From Rhynchobatus australiae (lineage: Eukaryota): 64,000 nt of DNA. The number at the start of each line of letters is the position of its first letter. Position 1 is the stretch's first letter. This document shows, in pieces, positions 40,901 through 50,640 of this stretch. The position numbers and the translations under genes were made by a program. Where the stretch lies: the NCBI GenBank assembly GCA_034780895.1, contig JAUZTB010000011.1, positions 36,248,245-36,312,244 of the forward strand. The letters run 5' to 3'. A model generated the notes under the pieces. The model did not search any database, was not told the origin of the DNA, and worked only from the letters and a program-made list of their open reading frames with translations.

Positions 40901-43900
40901 ATTTGGAAGGTTTGGTAGTACTGGGCCTAAAATTTGAAGGTGTGGAGAGTGAAGTATTTGGCAGCCCTAGTGAAGTCTTTGAATATTTTGCTCCCAGGAG
41001 TAATACTGCTTGCCTTGACATTGGCAGCTACTAACGATGCAATGCTCAACAGTGGGAATGAAGTTCTCTTTTTAATTGATCAACAACCACCTTCACTGCA
41101 CCAAATCTATGGAATTGTCTTCTCCATTGAAAAGCCAGGTACAATATTCTCTACATAAAAGTGCACCTCCCCTGCAGGATGCATTGAAATAGACTCCTTG
41201 CAAGCTCCCATTGGAAGAGCCAGCCATTGATAGTACAAGCTCTGATAGTTGTGAGCTTTAGAATGAGGTATGACCACAAATGTGGTTTTCTAACTCCCGC
41301 AAGCACACTTGGGTAAACTCTCAGGCCTCAACCTCTCCGATATACATAATGAGTGCAGCATTAAAGTAGCTGCATTGCTGCTAATTTCAGGAAGGTTAAA
41401 GGTATTGCGGATCTGCACTCCTACTCATTAGTGAATGCACCACAAACCACTCATCACGCCACTGCTACCCTCCACCTGCTCCTCCAAAGCAACTTTACAC
41501 AAGAGGATGACGGGATCTCCTTCCTTCCCTCTGCACCTATATTATAAAATTCACCAATAAGAAATATTTATGTAAGCATTTGAACATCACAGTGTTTACC
41601 AGATCTCCTTTCATGAGACAGCAATGAGAATTCTTTACTTTTCATGTTATAGCCTGTTTCATGGTCCTTAATAAAGGAAACAAACCTGATTTAAAAATGT
41701 TAGTGACAGTTGCATCATCAATGGAAATAACGGTGACACAGAAAGGCAATTAAAGTTGAAAATGAGTGTTCTGGAGTGTAGCAGGAGTCTTACAGCAGAG
41801 TGACAGCCAATCACAGCAATACTATTGTTTCACTCCAAGTCTAATGTGTTTGTAATGCCAAAGCCAATATCTTGCATTGCATCCCATTTGTGCTAGAAAT
41901 GCTGAAAATCAAATTTTATATTTAGAAAGTTGCTGACAAAAACGTATATCAAAATCAAAAGAAAATGGCGAGGTACCTCTGCTACATAATCAAAATGGCA
42001 TCTCTCTGATCTGTTTGCATCAAGAAGTGTACTTGCATATGATTTTCAGTTGCCATTATGCCAGTCAACAAAGTCACAATCTTAACAGAAATAAGGCAAT
42101 GGCACAAAAATAGAGCAATATTCAGATTTTCCTTGCCACTAATGTCCAATCGATTACCTCCAATGTTTGCGTTATATGCAATGCCAACTCCACAGAAGCT
42201 GTTGTTGGCTTCCATTGCTACTTCTCCAGCACATTTTGTTCCATGGCTTGGAAACATGAAAAACACAAAGGTAAAGTCTGTGTAATATACGCATGATATA
42301 AATAAGGGACCACATAGCAACAAGCCTATGCATCTTCACGCTTAATTCAGAAATATATGAATTCACTTTATATTGTCCCATTGGTCTTTCATGCGGAAGT
42401 ATCATGTTTACTTGCAGCTGGTTGTTCAACAGGGAACCACCAATTGTCATCCGCTTGATGTCTTGGCTGACTCAGAATTTCCTAAGTGTCCTTTGAAATG
42501 TGGAAGTCTGCCAAAGGTCAAAATGCTGATACAGCAGACGTTTTGCTCTTTGCTAGATTCACCATTGGACCCAGCAGCAGAGTGCTGACTTGCTGAAGAG
42601 AGGGTGTGCATGCACTGCATCTGATCCTTGGCTTAACACCAGGGGCAGCAAATGAATCATTCTTAATTATTTGTTCATATTTTAATGTTTTTTTTCTTTT
42701 TCAATCTTTTTTATTAGTTTTCAAATCAATACTGATTAGCATATAGCATCAATGTTCATACATGTATTACAAAGAGATCTGGATATCACTCATGTTTAAT
42801 TGGGTGGCACGGTAGTGTAGCGGTTAGCGCAATGTTATTACAGCGCTAGTGATCAGGGTTCAATTCCTGTCGCTGTCTGTAAGGAGTCTGTATGTTCTCC
42901 CGTGTCTGTGTGGGTTTCCTCCAGGTGCTCCAGTTTCCTCCCACATTCTAAAGACATACGGGTAGGTTAATTTGGGGTNNNNNNNNNNNNNNNNNNNNNN
43001 NNNNNNNNNNNNNNNNNNNNNNNNNNNNNNNNNNNNNNNNNNNNNNNNNNNNNNNNNNNNNNNNNNNNNNNNNNNNNNCACCCTCTGTTTTCTGCCAACC
43101 AGCCAATGCTCCACCCATTCTGTTATCCTACCGGTGATTCCATGGCCCCTCATCTGATTGATCAGTCTTTTGTGGGGCGCCTTGTCAAAGGCCTTTTGAA
43201 AGTCTAAATACACCACATCTACCGCCTCTCCCTTATCCACTCTGTCTGAGATTTCTTCAAAAAACTCCAATAGGTTAGTCAGGCAAGATCTTCCTTTCAC
43301 AAAACCATGTTGGCTCGGACCTATCTTGCCATTCACCTCTAGATATTCGCTAACCTCATCCTTGAGGATCGATTCCAATATCTTTCCTACCACTGACATC
43401 AGACTAATAGGTCTGTAATTCCCTTTATGTTATCTCCCACCTTTCAATTTTTTAATTACCTTTTCTTTATTAATTTTAAATGCCTCTGGTTGTCCATTGA
43501 AATGTAAGGATATTCCAGGGGCATGATTTGCAGGTTGGAGCTTTCTCCACCACCCCACACCCTCCCACCACCTCCACACACACACCAGGCACCCCTTCAG
43601 ATGTAAAGGGTCACACAAGCCGAATGTGAGAGAGGGTGGGCAAGGGTAGTGGGTGGCGAATGGGGACAATGTGTCAGTTCCAGTACAATCTGCTCATTAT
43701 TATCAATGCAATGGGTGCTATCTGTGTGGAGTTTGCCCATTCTCCCTATGACTATTTAGGTTTCTTTGGGCCGCTGCTGTAAATAGCTCCTAGGGTGCAG
43801 GTACATCCATGAATCTTGAGGAAGCTGATGAGAATGTGGGGAGAATAAAAATGGGATGAGAGCAGCATTACTGTAAATGGTGGTCATCATGGACTCAGTG

Positions 43901-46900
43901 GGCTGAAGGGCCTCTTTCCTTGCTGTATCTCTCTATGACTATCTGAACTATCAACAATTTTTTCAAACTGATAAACATCTACTTAATGTTTGATTGAAAC
44001 ATTTTATCTGCAGTGCATTACCTCATTCCTTCATTCACAAGTGAAAATGGAGCTTGTCATATTTATTTTATTTGGAAGATGGAAAAGTGGAAGGGTGTCA
44101 AAATGAGTCCTGGGGTAATAAAGATGTGGGCTGAAGGCTGGTGGCCAAGGAAAATGTAGGGCACAAGTGCATGATATTTCAGAGGTAAACAGTGAAATAT
44201 ATCAGCAGCAGATCGGATGTAGAAGATGGTTGAGGTTGAGATTTATATTTTGCCAAAGTTCTTCACAAAGTAAAAAGGGGCAGCCAGGAAGAAGGCTGAA
44301 ATGTGTGTAGGTGTTTACAGAAGCCAATGTAGGCTGCCTTTGCCTTTGGTGATATTTAGTTTTAGTTCCATTAAATTAAAACTAAACTAAATGTCACTGA
44401 TAACAGCAATTGCCAGTTGGGGTAACGTCCAATAAGCCAAACATGTGCAAGTCCCCGGCACCAAATTCACTGCATTAATCAGCTGCACATTTCAGAAAAT
44501 GTCAACAAATTCAAAAGAAAAGTTCATAGGGGATAAACTGGACACTCTGGTATATGTATTCTGGGTCATGATCTGCATTAAGGTCATGGCTGTTTGACCA
44601 CGTCCAGATTGTAAACAAAATCTGACCTCATTATAAAGACTTCAGCATCAAGTCACTCATCACAATGCTCAGCTGCCTTCATGCATAATCTACAGGGCCA
44701 TTTTGTGAATGGGGCCAGTTGAAGCAAGCTGGTGCTAGCTGAAGCCATACATGCACATTTTAAAGGACATCTGCTGTGTGAATTTTATTGGCAAGGTCAG
44801 CATTTAATGTTTATCCTTAATTACCTTTTCAAATTTAATGGTGATCTGCTTTCTTGGACCACTGCAGTCTATGTGGTGAAGGTGTTCTCAATGCTGTTAA
44901 ATGATTAATTCCAGGATTTTGACTTAACAATGATAAGAAATGCCAATTTTCTTTTCAAATCAGGATGGGTTGTGACTTGATAGGAGCTTACAGGTGATGC
45001 TGTTCACAGACACCTGCTCTTCTTCTCCTTCTAGTTGGCAGTAATTGTAGCTTGGGAGCTGCTGTCAAAGAAACCCTGATGAGTTGCTGCAGAGCATCTT
45101 ATAGACAGGCCAACAAGGTTGCTTTGTCATGAATGTTAAGTTTCAAGATTAGAGTGTTGTTTGAGCTTTACTCTTCCATGCAGATGGTGAGTACTTTATC
45201 AACATTTTGCTTTGTGCTTTGTAGAGAGTAGAAACGTTTTGCAGAGTCTTGAGATAAGTCACTCACTGCAAAACTTCCAACCTCTGATCTGCTCTTATGG
45301 CCACAGTATATACATGCCTCATCCAATTAAATTTCTGGTGACAATAAGGACATTAATCTGGAGGGATGTAATGATGTTAATATCGTAGAGAAGGCTACAT
45401 CTTGGGTGTTGAATGTAATAGACGAGGTTGGAGGAGGTGCATGTGAATCTCTGCCTCACCTGGAAGGGCATTTAGGTCTTGGATGGAGGTGAGGGAGGAG
45501 GTGAAAGGACAAACGTTGCATTTCCTACTACCTCAGGAGAAAGTGCCAGGGGATGGGGAGGGGTGGAAAGGGAAGGGATGAGCAGACCGGGGAGTCTTGG
45601 AGAGACTGACCCCTGCATAATGCAGAAGGGGGGAGAAAGGGTAAGATGTGGTTGGTGGTGGGATCTCCTTAGAGCTGGTGGAAATGATGAAGGATATCCC
45701 AGATGCGGAAGCTAGTGGGGTGAAAGGTGAGGAACTCTATCCCTGTTCTACCTGGTGAGGTGGGTGTGAAATCAGTCTTCTGTGTGTCTGTGTTCAGTCA
45801 CACCCCTGACATTCTTCAGAGATGGCAGGAATACATTAGAACAACAGGAGTTGAGTCATTCACCACAGAATACCCAGCTTCTGATTTCTCTTATAACCAC
45901 AGTACATATGAGAATGTTTCAGTTATTTTTCTGGTCAATGGTAATTTCCAGCATGTTGATGTTAGAGGGTCCTTCGAAGGGGATGCTATAAAATGTCAAG
46001 GGCTGTGGTTATTCTCTCTTGTTGGAGTTGATCATTATCCAATGTTATGTGTAGCTAATGCTAGATGTCACTTACTATCTCATGTCTAAATGCTGGCTGG
46101 GTTTTGTGCATACTGGCAAGGAGTGCTTCGTTGTCTGAGAAGCAGCAGTAGTTCAGTGAAGAACAACACTATCACGGTCTCTCCCTGTCAGAATACTCAG
46201 AAAGGGATCCCGATCTCTCCCCTTTCCCTTGATTCTCTTCCAGCTCCACAGATGATGGACAATGCTGAGCTTGTGTGATTGCCAGGTAGGGCAGTATACA
46301 GTGATTGATAATTAATTATGAGAACCCCTCTGAAACATACTGCAATGTGCATCTATAGCAGTCCATACCGCAGAAACTTTACAGGAGGACACTGACTGTC
46401 TGTTCAACTATGTTGTAGGTAGCAACACATCTCTCATTGTAGGAATGAGTTCCACTTTTGATTTGGGTCCATAGTGGAATCAGGAGCAAGGTCAACAGAG
46501 GAAAGCCCTTGTCCAGAAGTGATAGAGTAGACTGGTACAAGCTGAAGGCACTGTGAAGGCCCCCTGACTATTTGGCATTATCCATCAAGATTTTGTGCAT
46601 TTTGTTGCAGACCAGCTAAATGTTCAGCAAGAGAAATCCTTTGTGGTTCTGGCAGAACTCTGCTTTTTCACATGGAATCATCAAGCTGAAGTTGAAACTC
46701 TCATGTGCATGGTATCATTGGGAATACTGCGGTCCTGGTGAATCCACATGCTGTCTGCTGCTTCCTGCTCAAGGTGAAGGCGATAAATTAGTGATATTGC
46801 CACAAACATAAGTTGTGCTGTCGGTGTCACCAGAAGCAGCCATGTCTTAGTTTGAAGTAGAGCCTCAACAGTCCCTACACAGAGAACATAGTCACACGAT

Positions 46901-47687
46901 CCCACTGATTTCAATGGGATTTCCCTCTGTTAGATAAGGAGGCCAAGGGGAAATCCAAGACTTGTCAATTATTTTGCTTTAGTTTAATGTTTTTAAATGC
47001 TTTTATGTGTTTTTAATTGACTATATTTATCTTTTAAAGCAATGAGTATTTATTATTTTTTTAATAATTTATTTTAACTTTAACAGATCTTATATCCCTC
47101 TGAATGTTAGAGGTATCTATAAACTGTTAAAATCCATGACAGTTGTAACAGAAGACAAAACCCAATCCCCCTCAAGGAGCATTGAGGGGCAGGACCTTTG
47201 TACTGTACTATCCAAAGCCAAGTTGCTGAATGGACCTTTGCACCTGACTCAAAGATGTGGGAGAGATTGCCCCTGGTGTGTGTGGGCAGAGGGCCTGGTC
47301 CAGCAAGATCTGTGCCTTAGGACATAAGTAGTACCTCTCCTTGTTGTGCTATACCACATGCCTACAGCTGAGAAATCTACATGTCTTATATGCTGTACAG
47401 TTCTTGCATCTATTTTGAGTTTGTGCAATCAGTCCACTTTCTATTCTTACCTATTAATATCAGTAAGTTTGCAACTGTTTTCCTTCCATTAATAAATATA
47501 ATAACTGCTAAGTCCTTTGCATTATTCTGCTAAAATGCATTTTTTTCTTCAAGATAGATTCTAAAGATATAATTTAATCTGAATAAATTAGTTGAAATAT
47601 TTACCCATTAGAGCGATCTACATTATTTGGAACTGGATCATGTTGAGGATCCAAAAGGTCATTGAAGTCAAAGCTGGCATTAGGATC
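25969..47687 (-). CDS. Spliced partial CDS (5 exons) of a divergent kexin/furin-like proprotein convertase (peptidase S8B catalytic domain); 5' and 3' exons not found
   Basis: join(47687-47605,42246-42158,32852-32680,31489-31250,26069-25969) translates without stops to [228 protein letters not shown](N). All junctions are GT-AG with matching phases 2,1,0,0. Introns are 5358, 9305, 1190 and 5180 nt. Confidence 0.95.
26870..27530 (-). mobile_element. Old L2-like LINE 3' remnant
   Basis: aaaatgtcccaaggcacttcacaggagtg...gagaggtttagggagagaattc, purine-rich antisense of an L2-type tail. Confidence 0.55.
27540..28470 (+). mobile_element. CR1-type LINE RT to 3' end, degenerate
   Basis: ORF 27509..27736 [27 protein letters not shown] resembles IYINDL...KFADDTKIG. 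Ends with tail ccatgattctatgatt. Confidence 0.8.
28908..28940 (+). repeat. (TG)n microsatellite
   Basis: Perfect TG run of about 16 units. Confidence 0.95.
29460..29712 (+). mobile_element. Young LTR (TG...CA, 253 bp), probably the 3' LTR of a Gypsy-type element
   Basis: Begins TGTGGTGACT and ends AGCCGCTACA (imperfect terminal inverted repeat). Preceded by a G run (PPT-like) next to a 100-N gap. CpG-rich compared with the flanks. Confidence 0.7.
29523..29627 (+). promoter_or_regulatory. Cluster of Pol II promoter motifs in the LTR: YY1 (CAAGATGGCG), E-box/CLEAR (GTCACGTGAC), CRE (TGACGTCA), TATA-like (TATTAAA)
   Basis: Exact motif matches at 29523-29532, 29580-29589, 29597-29604 and 29621-29627. 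Activity is untested. Confidence 0.5.
30150..30445 (-). mobile_element. Ancient Deu-domain-like SINE remnant
   Basis: aaggttccacaaa...aaatgaccaaataatctgttt...gttgaaggataa...caaaggatggc...agtgcaaaactctctaagtattgcactgaagt resembles the antisense of DeuSINE-type elements. Highly diverged. Confidence 0.45.
31250..31489 (-). CDS. Convertase exon, 240 nt, oxyanion-hole Asn ([17 protein letters not shown]...DGYVNSIYT...YSEAC...ELDL)
   Basis: Acceptor ttttttttaatgttacag|GGT, donor TTG|gtgagt. Lies inside ORF 31214..31498. Confidence 0.96.
32680..32852 (-). CDS. Convertase exon, 173 nt ([15 protein letters not shown]...[17 protein letters not shown]...GAEK)
   Basis: Acceptor ctgatttag|GT, donor AAG|gtaaga. 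Homologous to furin GVRMLDGEVTDAVEA...YSASWGPEDDGKTVDGP, with the same length. Not in the ORF track. Confidence 0.96.
33470..34230 (-). mobile_element. Rex1/Babar-type LINE 3' part (RT C-terminal region and tail)
   Basis: ORF 34083..34388 [40 protein letters not shown] is the characteristic Rex/Babar C-terminal block. Tail shared with 6280-6592 and 62889-63055. Confidence 0.85.
34290..35130 (+). mobile_element. CR1-type LINE RT/3' region, very degenerate
   Basis: [23 protein letters not shown] resembles IYINDL...SKFADDTKI. Confidence 0.6.
36060..39144 (+). mobile_element. Old CR1/L2-group LINE (endonuclease to RT), degenerate, split by a younger CR1
   Basis: Endonuclease-like and RT-like pieces ([30 protein letters not shown]; VMEYSPLA). 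Same family at 44780-46900 (minus) and 58460-59257 (plus). Confidence 0.7.
37700..38380 (+). mobile_element. Young 5'-truncated CR1 LINE with (TCTATGT)n tail
   Basis: [25 protein letters not shown]...RELGLFSLE. Tail ttctatgttctatgttct; ATCAAGG on both sides (37693-37699 and 38381-38387). Confidence 0.9.
42158..42246 (-). CDS. Convertase exon, 89 nt, catalytic His ([29 protein letters not shown])
   Basis: Acceptor tttttcatgtttccaag|C, donor G|gtaat. Subtilase His motif; 89 nt matches the homologous furin/PCSK1 exon. Confidence 0.96.
42800..42978 (+). mobile_element. tRNA-derived V-SINE (5' part; runs into an N gap)
   Basis: A-box-like tagtgtagcggttagc, B-box gggttcaattcc, V-core tgtgtgggtttcctccaggtgctccagtttcctcccacat. 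Near-identical to 49378. Confidence 0.85.
43079..43435 (-). mobile_element. Young CR1 ORF2 reverse-transcriptase fragment with open frame
   Basis: [13 protein letters not shown]...[50 protein letters not shown]...WLVGRKQRV. Confidence 0.92.
43716..43942 (+). mobile_element. V-SINE (diverged) with CR1-type tail
   Basis: tgtgtggagtttgcccattctccc... and tail catggactcagtgggctgaagggcctctttccttgctgtatctctctatgact. Relatives at about 9720-9870, 14000-14230, 35865-36050 and 49790-50090. Confidence 0.7.
44780..46900 (-). mobile_element. Old CR1/L2-group LINE, degenerate, interrupted by Penelope
   Basis: Antisense similarity to 36060-39144 and 58460-59257. Confidence 0.55.
45380..45760 (-). mobile_element. 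Penelope-like element remnant (GIY-YIG endonuclease region)
   Basis: Minus strand reads [27 protein letters not shown], matching the PLE motif FTC.S.NLVYCI.C..C.LLY(IGET). Confidence 0.8.
47605..47687 (-). CDS. Convertase exon, 83 nt ([28 protein letters not shown])
   Basis: Acceptor ...ttttcacag|GAT, donor GG|gtaaat. Homologous to furin DPGASFDVNDQDPDP and PCSK1 DPEASYDFNDNDHDP. Not in the ORF track; read directly. Confidence 0.93.
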
Positions 47688-48439
47688 CTGTGAAAATAAA
47701 ATAGTGAATGCAGTACATTTGTATGCAGATACATAAATACTTGTAAATCGTGTATGTGAATGACTAAGCTATCATCATATGTGTGCTGTCAGTAGCAATA
47801 ACATGAACACCCACATTTTGAAACTCCTTATAGTTTCTAATGATTGTTGTAGTTATTAGCATCGTAACTCTGATTCATTGATCACTACTATAACTGGCAA
47901 TGTTTAGTTTTAAAAAAAAAGGCACATATTGGATCCAGAGACAAGATGTCAGAAACTCCTCAAATCACCTGCTGAGCAATGCTGATCAATGGCACTGACC
48001 AAAGGACCTCAGTGCTCTGTGGATATGAAGAGAAGGTAGCTCGGGGTCTACATTTTTCAGGTTACCCTGCAGTAGATTTATGCGAACAGTAGCAATCGAG
48101 GGAAATAAAGATAATGGTGGTTTGTGGCACAGAGAGAAATGCTGAACAGAAGAATTAAACACACAAAAGTGAGTAAGGGTGAGAAAGCTTAAAGTGGTGC
48201 AACATTGCTGCTAAGACAGTAAATGGGACAAAATATCAGCTCAAGCACAGCAGGCTGTAAAGGAAGGCGAGGAATGTGCAATGAAGTATGGGTGTCCTTC
48301 ACAGCATAGTTGCAAAGGATGGAAATGTTCTTTATGGTTAATAATTTTCTGAAAGCAGGACATCATTTTGAAGATGTGCGGACACTGAACTCTTCTATAA
48401 CAGAAAGTAAGAAAGTTATTCTATTGATGGAAATTGAGG

Positions 48440-48810
48440 AAAAAAGAAATTGAAACACATAAAGTTCCAAAAGGTCTTGATAAGGTGGATGTGGATAGGA
48501 TGTTTCCTCTTGTTGAAGAACATAAAATTAGGGGTCACCATTCAAAGTTAAGGGGTTGTCCATTTAAGACAGATACGGTGAAAAAATTCTCTCAGAGAGT
48601 CAGGAGTCTTTGGAACTGTCTTCCTCAGAGAGCAATGGAGAAACAGTCTTTGAATATTTTAATGCAGAATTAAGTAGAAATTTGATAGCAAGGAAGTGAA
48701 AGCTTAGCACAGGTAGATGATAACACAGAGTTGAGATTACAGTCAGATCAGGCACAACCTTGTTAATTGGTGGAGCAGATGAGCCCAAATGGCTTACTCC
48801 TTCTCCTAAT
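48440..48810 (+). mobile_element. CR1-type LINE 3' end
   Basis: ETHKVPKGLDKVDVDRMFPLV...RGHHSKLRGCPFKTD...FSQRVRSLWNCLPQRA. Confidence 0.85.
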
Positions 48811-48859
48811 TTGTGTGTGTGTGTGTGTGAGTGAAGATTGGCTTTGAGACCTGTCGTAT

Positions 48860-49770
48860 TTCTACCAGTCTGGTAGTGTGACAGAGAGCCAAAGATGTTT
48901 CATTCACTGAAGTAGTTCAGAAATTGCTACCATACTTCAATCCACAGCAAAGAGTTACAAATTTGGCATAAAGAGCGTAAGAACAGGAAAACAGTCAATG
49001 GCTATTTAGTTGCATTAAAAGATTTATCCAAATATTGCAACTTGGTGAATTCAGAATGAAACCTTGGCCAAAAGAAAACACAAAAAGGGAGTCTGCATAA
49101 CACTGGAGCAGATTCCAATGGAGCAGGAATAGACTTGCATAGGATCAGTGCTATTGGTGGAAATGAGAAAAGCAACACCATTTCAAGATAGTATTACTAA
49201 TGCGACCAGCTGTAGAAATAAATATTGATGCAGCAATGGATTGTACCAATGTGGGTAGAAATGCCTATAACAGGAACTTCAGCCATCTACCATAGACAGA
49301 AAGTATAGTTAGTTTCACTTGGCTGAAGTATTGAAGGTACCAGAATAGACAACTGTGCTGCAATGAACAACAAATAGGGCAGGCACGGCAGTGTAGCGGT
49401 TAGCGTGACGCTATGACAGCACCAGTGACCTGGGTTCAATTCCGGCCACTGTCTGTAAGGAGCTTGTATGTTCTCCCCAGATCTGTGTGGGTTTCCTCCA
49501 GGTGCTCCAGTTTCCTCCCACATTCCAAAGGAGGTACAGGTTAGGAAGTGGGCATGCTGTGTTGGCGCTGGAAGTGTGGTGACACTTGTGGGCTGCCCCC
49601 AGAACACTCTACACGAAAGGTGCATTTCACTGTGTGTTTCGATGTACATGTGACTAATAAAGATCTCATCTTATATTAAATAGAATTGTTCACTCCACAG
49701 TAGCTGAATACAAAAAGCAACTGGGCAATTGCAGGGCAAGGACCTGCTAAGAAAACTGAAGATCAAGTAG
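48860..49770 (+). mobile_element. Gypsy gag-protease remnant, interrupted by a V-SINE
   Basis: KDVSFTEVVQKLLPYFNP and YLVALKDLSKYCN (gag-like); an EIDTG-like region; QGKDLLRKLKI (cf. LGRDWLxKLKI) after the SINE. Confidence 0.55.
49378..49677 (+). mobile_element. Full-length young V-SINE with Rex/Babar-like tail
   Basis: tRNA-like head (A/B boxes), V core, tail atttcactgtgtgtttcgatgtacatgtgactaataaag. Candidate TSD AAATAG (49372-49377 and 49678-49683). Confidence 0.88.
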
Positions 49771-50109
49771 GTTGAACCTGCCCTCTGGGGATGTCATTGT
49801 GTAGTTTTCTCAATCTTTCCATGACCACGTGGATTTCCTCCAAGTGCTTTGGTTTCCTCCCACATCCCAAAAATGCAGCGGTTGGCAGGCTAATTGACCA
49901 TAGTAAATTTCCCCTATATGTAAGTAAACAGTAGAATCTGGGGGAGAAAAGAGGAGAATGGAAAAGTTGATGGGAATGAGGGCAGAATAAAATGGGTAAG
50001 GATAAGATTAGTGTAAAAGTGGGTACTTGATGGTCAGTATTGTCTGGCTGGGATGAAGAGCCTCTTTCTGCACAGTATCTCTCTATAACTCCTTATCTTT
50101 AATGTCCTT

Positions 50110-50640
50110 TTGAACACTATGAAATCTAGCTTAGAGACACAAATATTGCTCAGTCAAAACCAACATTGTCCCTGCAAAATCCTCCAAATTCATTGGAAGG
50201 TCAAGACCCAATGCCAGTGTCCTCTTCTAGGCCAACATCCCCAGTGTTGAAGACCTAGTTACACTCAGTTGACTAAAATGTCATTTGCTTGCCCAGCACC
50301 AAACTCCCAATACAGAAATTCTTTCCCAAGTCCTCTCATGGGAAGAGACAGAGGGAAAGTTTCAAGGATGTACTCAAAAGCCTCCTTGATGAAGTGCAAC
50401 ATCATGACTGACTGTTGGGAATCCCTGGTTCATGATCACTCAGAGTGGAGAAGCAACATTTAGGATTGTATTTAGAAGCTTGAGCAGTGCATTGGGAGCA
50501 CACAGAGGCCTTTCATAAACAGCAGAATGAACCTCACAAACTACCTGCCCAAATAACCTGTCAGTTACCAGCTGCCCCATGTGTGAACCAACAGAGTTGG
50601 ACTGGAAGCATGGCATCTCTGATCCCAAGGGAATGCACAA
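50110..50640 (+). mobile_element. RTE (BovB-like) LINE 3' remnant
   Basis: QHCPCKILQIHWK, ANIPSVEDLVTLS, QRESFKDVLK and KCNIMTDCWESLVHDHSEWR match the RTE C-terminal pattern (HQRCLRKIL.I.W...RFKD.LK...WE.LA.DR..WR). Confidence 0.75.

Noticed and set aside
42800-42880. tRNA gene (A/B boxes; also at 49380)
   Set aside because: It continues directly into a SINE core and tail and is multi-copy, so it is a SINE head rather than a tRNA.
25969-47687. Assigning the symbol PCSK1, FURIN, PCSK4 or PCSK7
   Set aside because: Diagnostic motifs differ from each, and orthology needs a phylogeny. The symbol is left blank.
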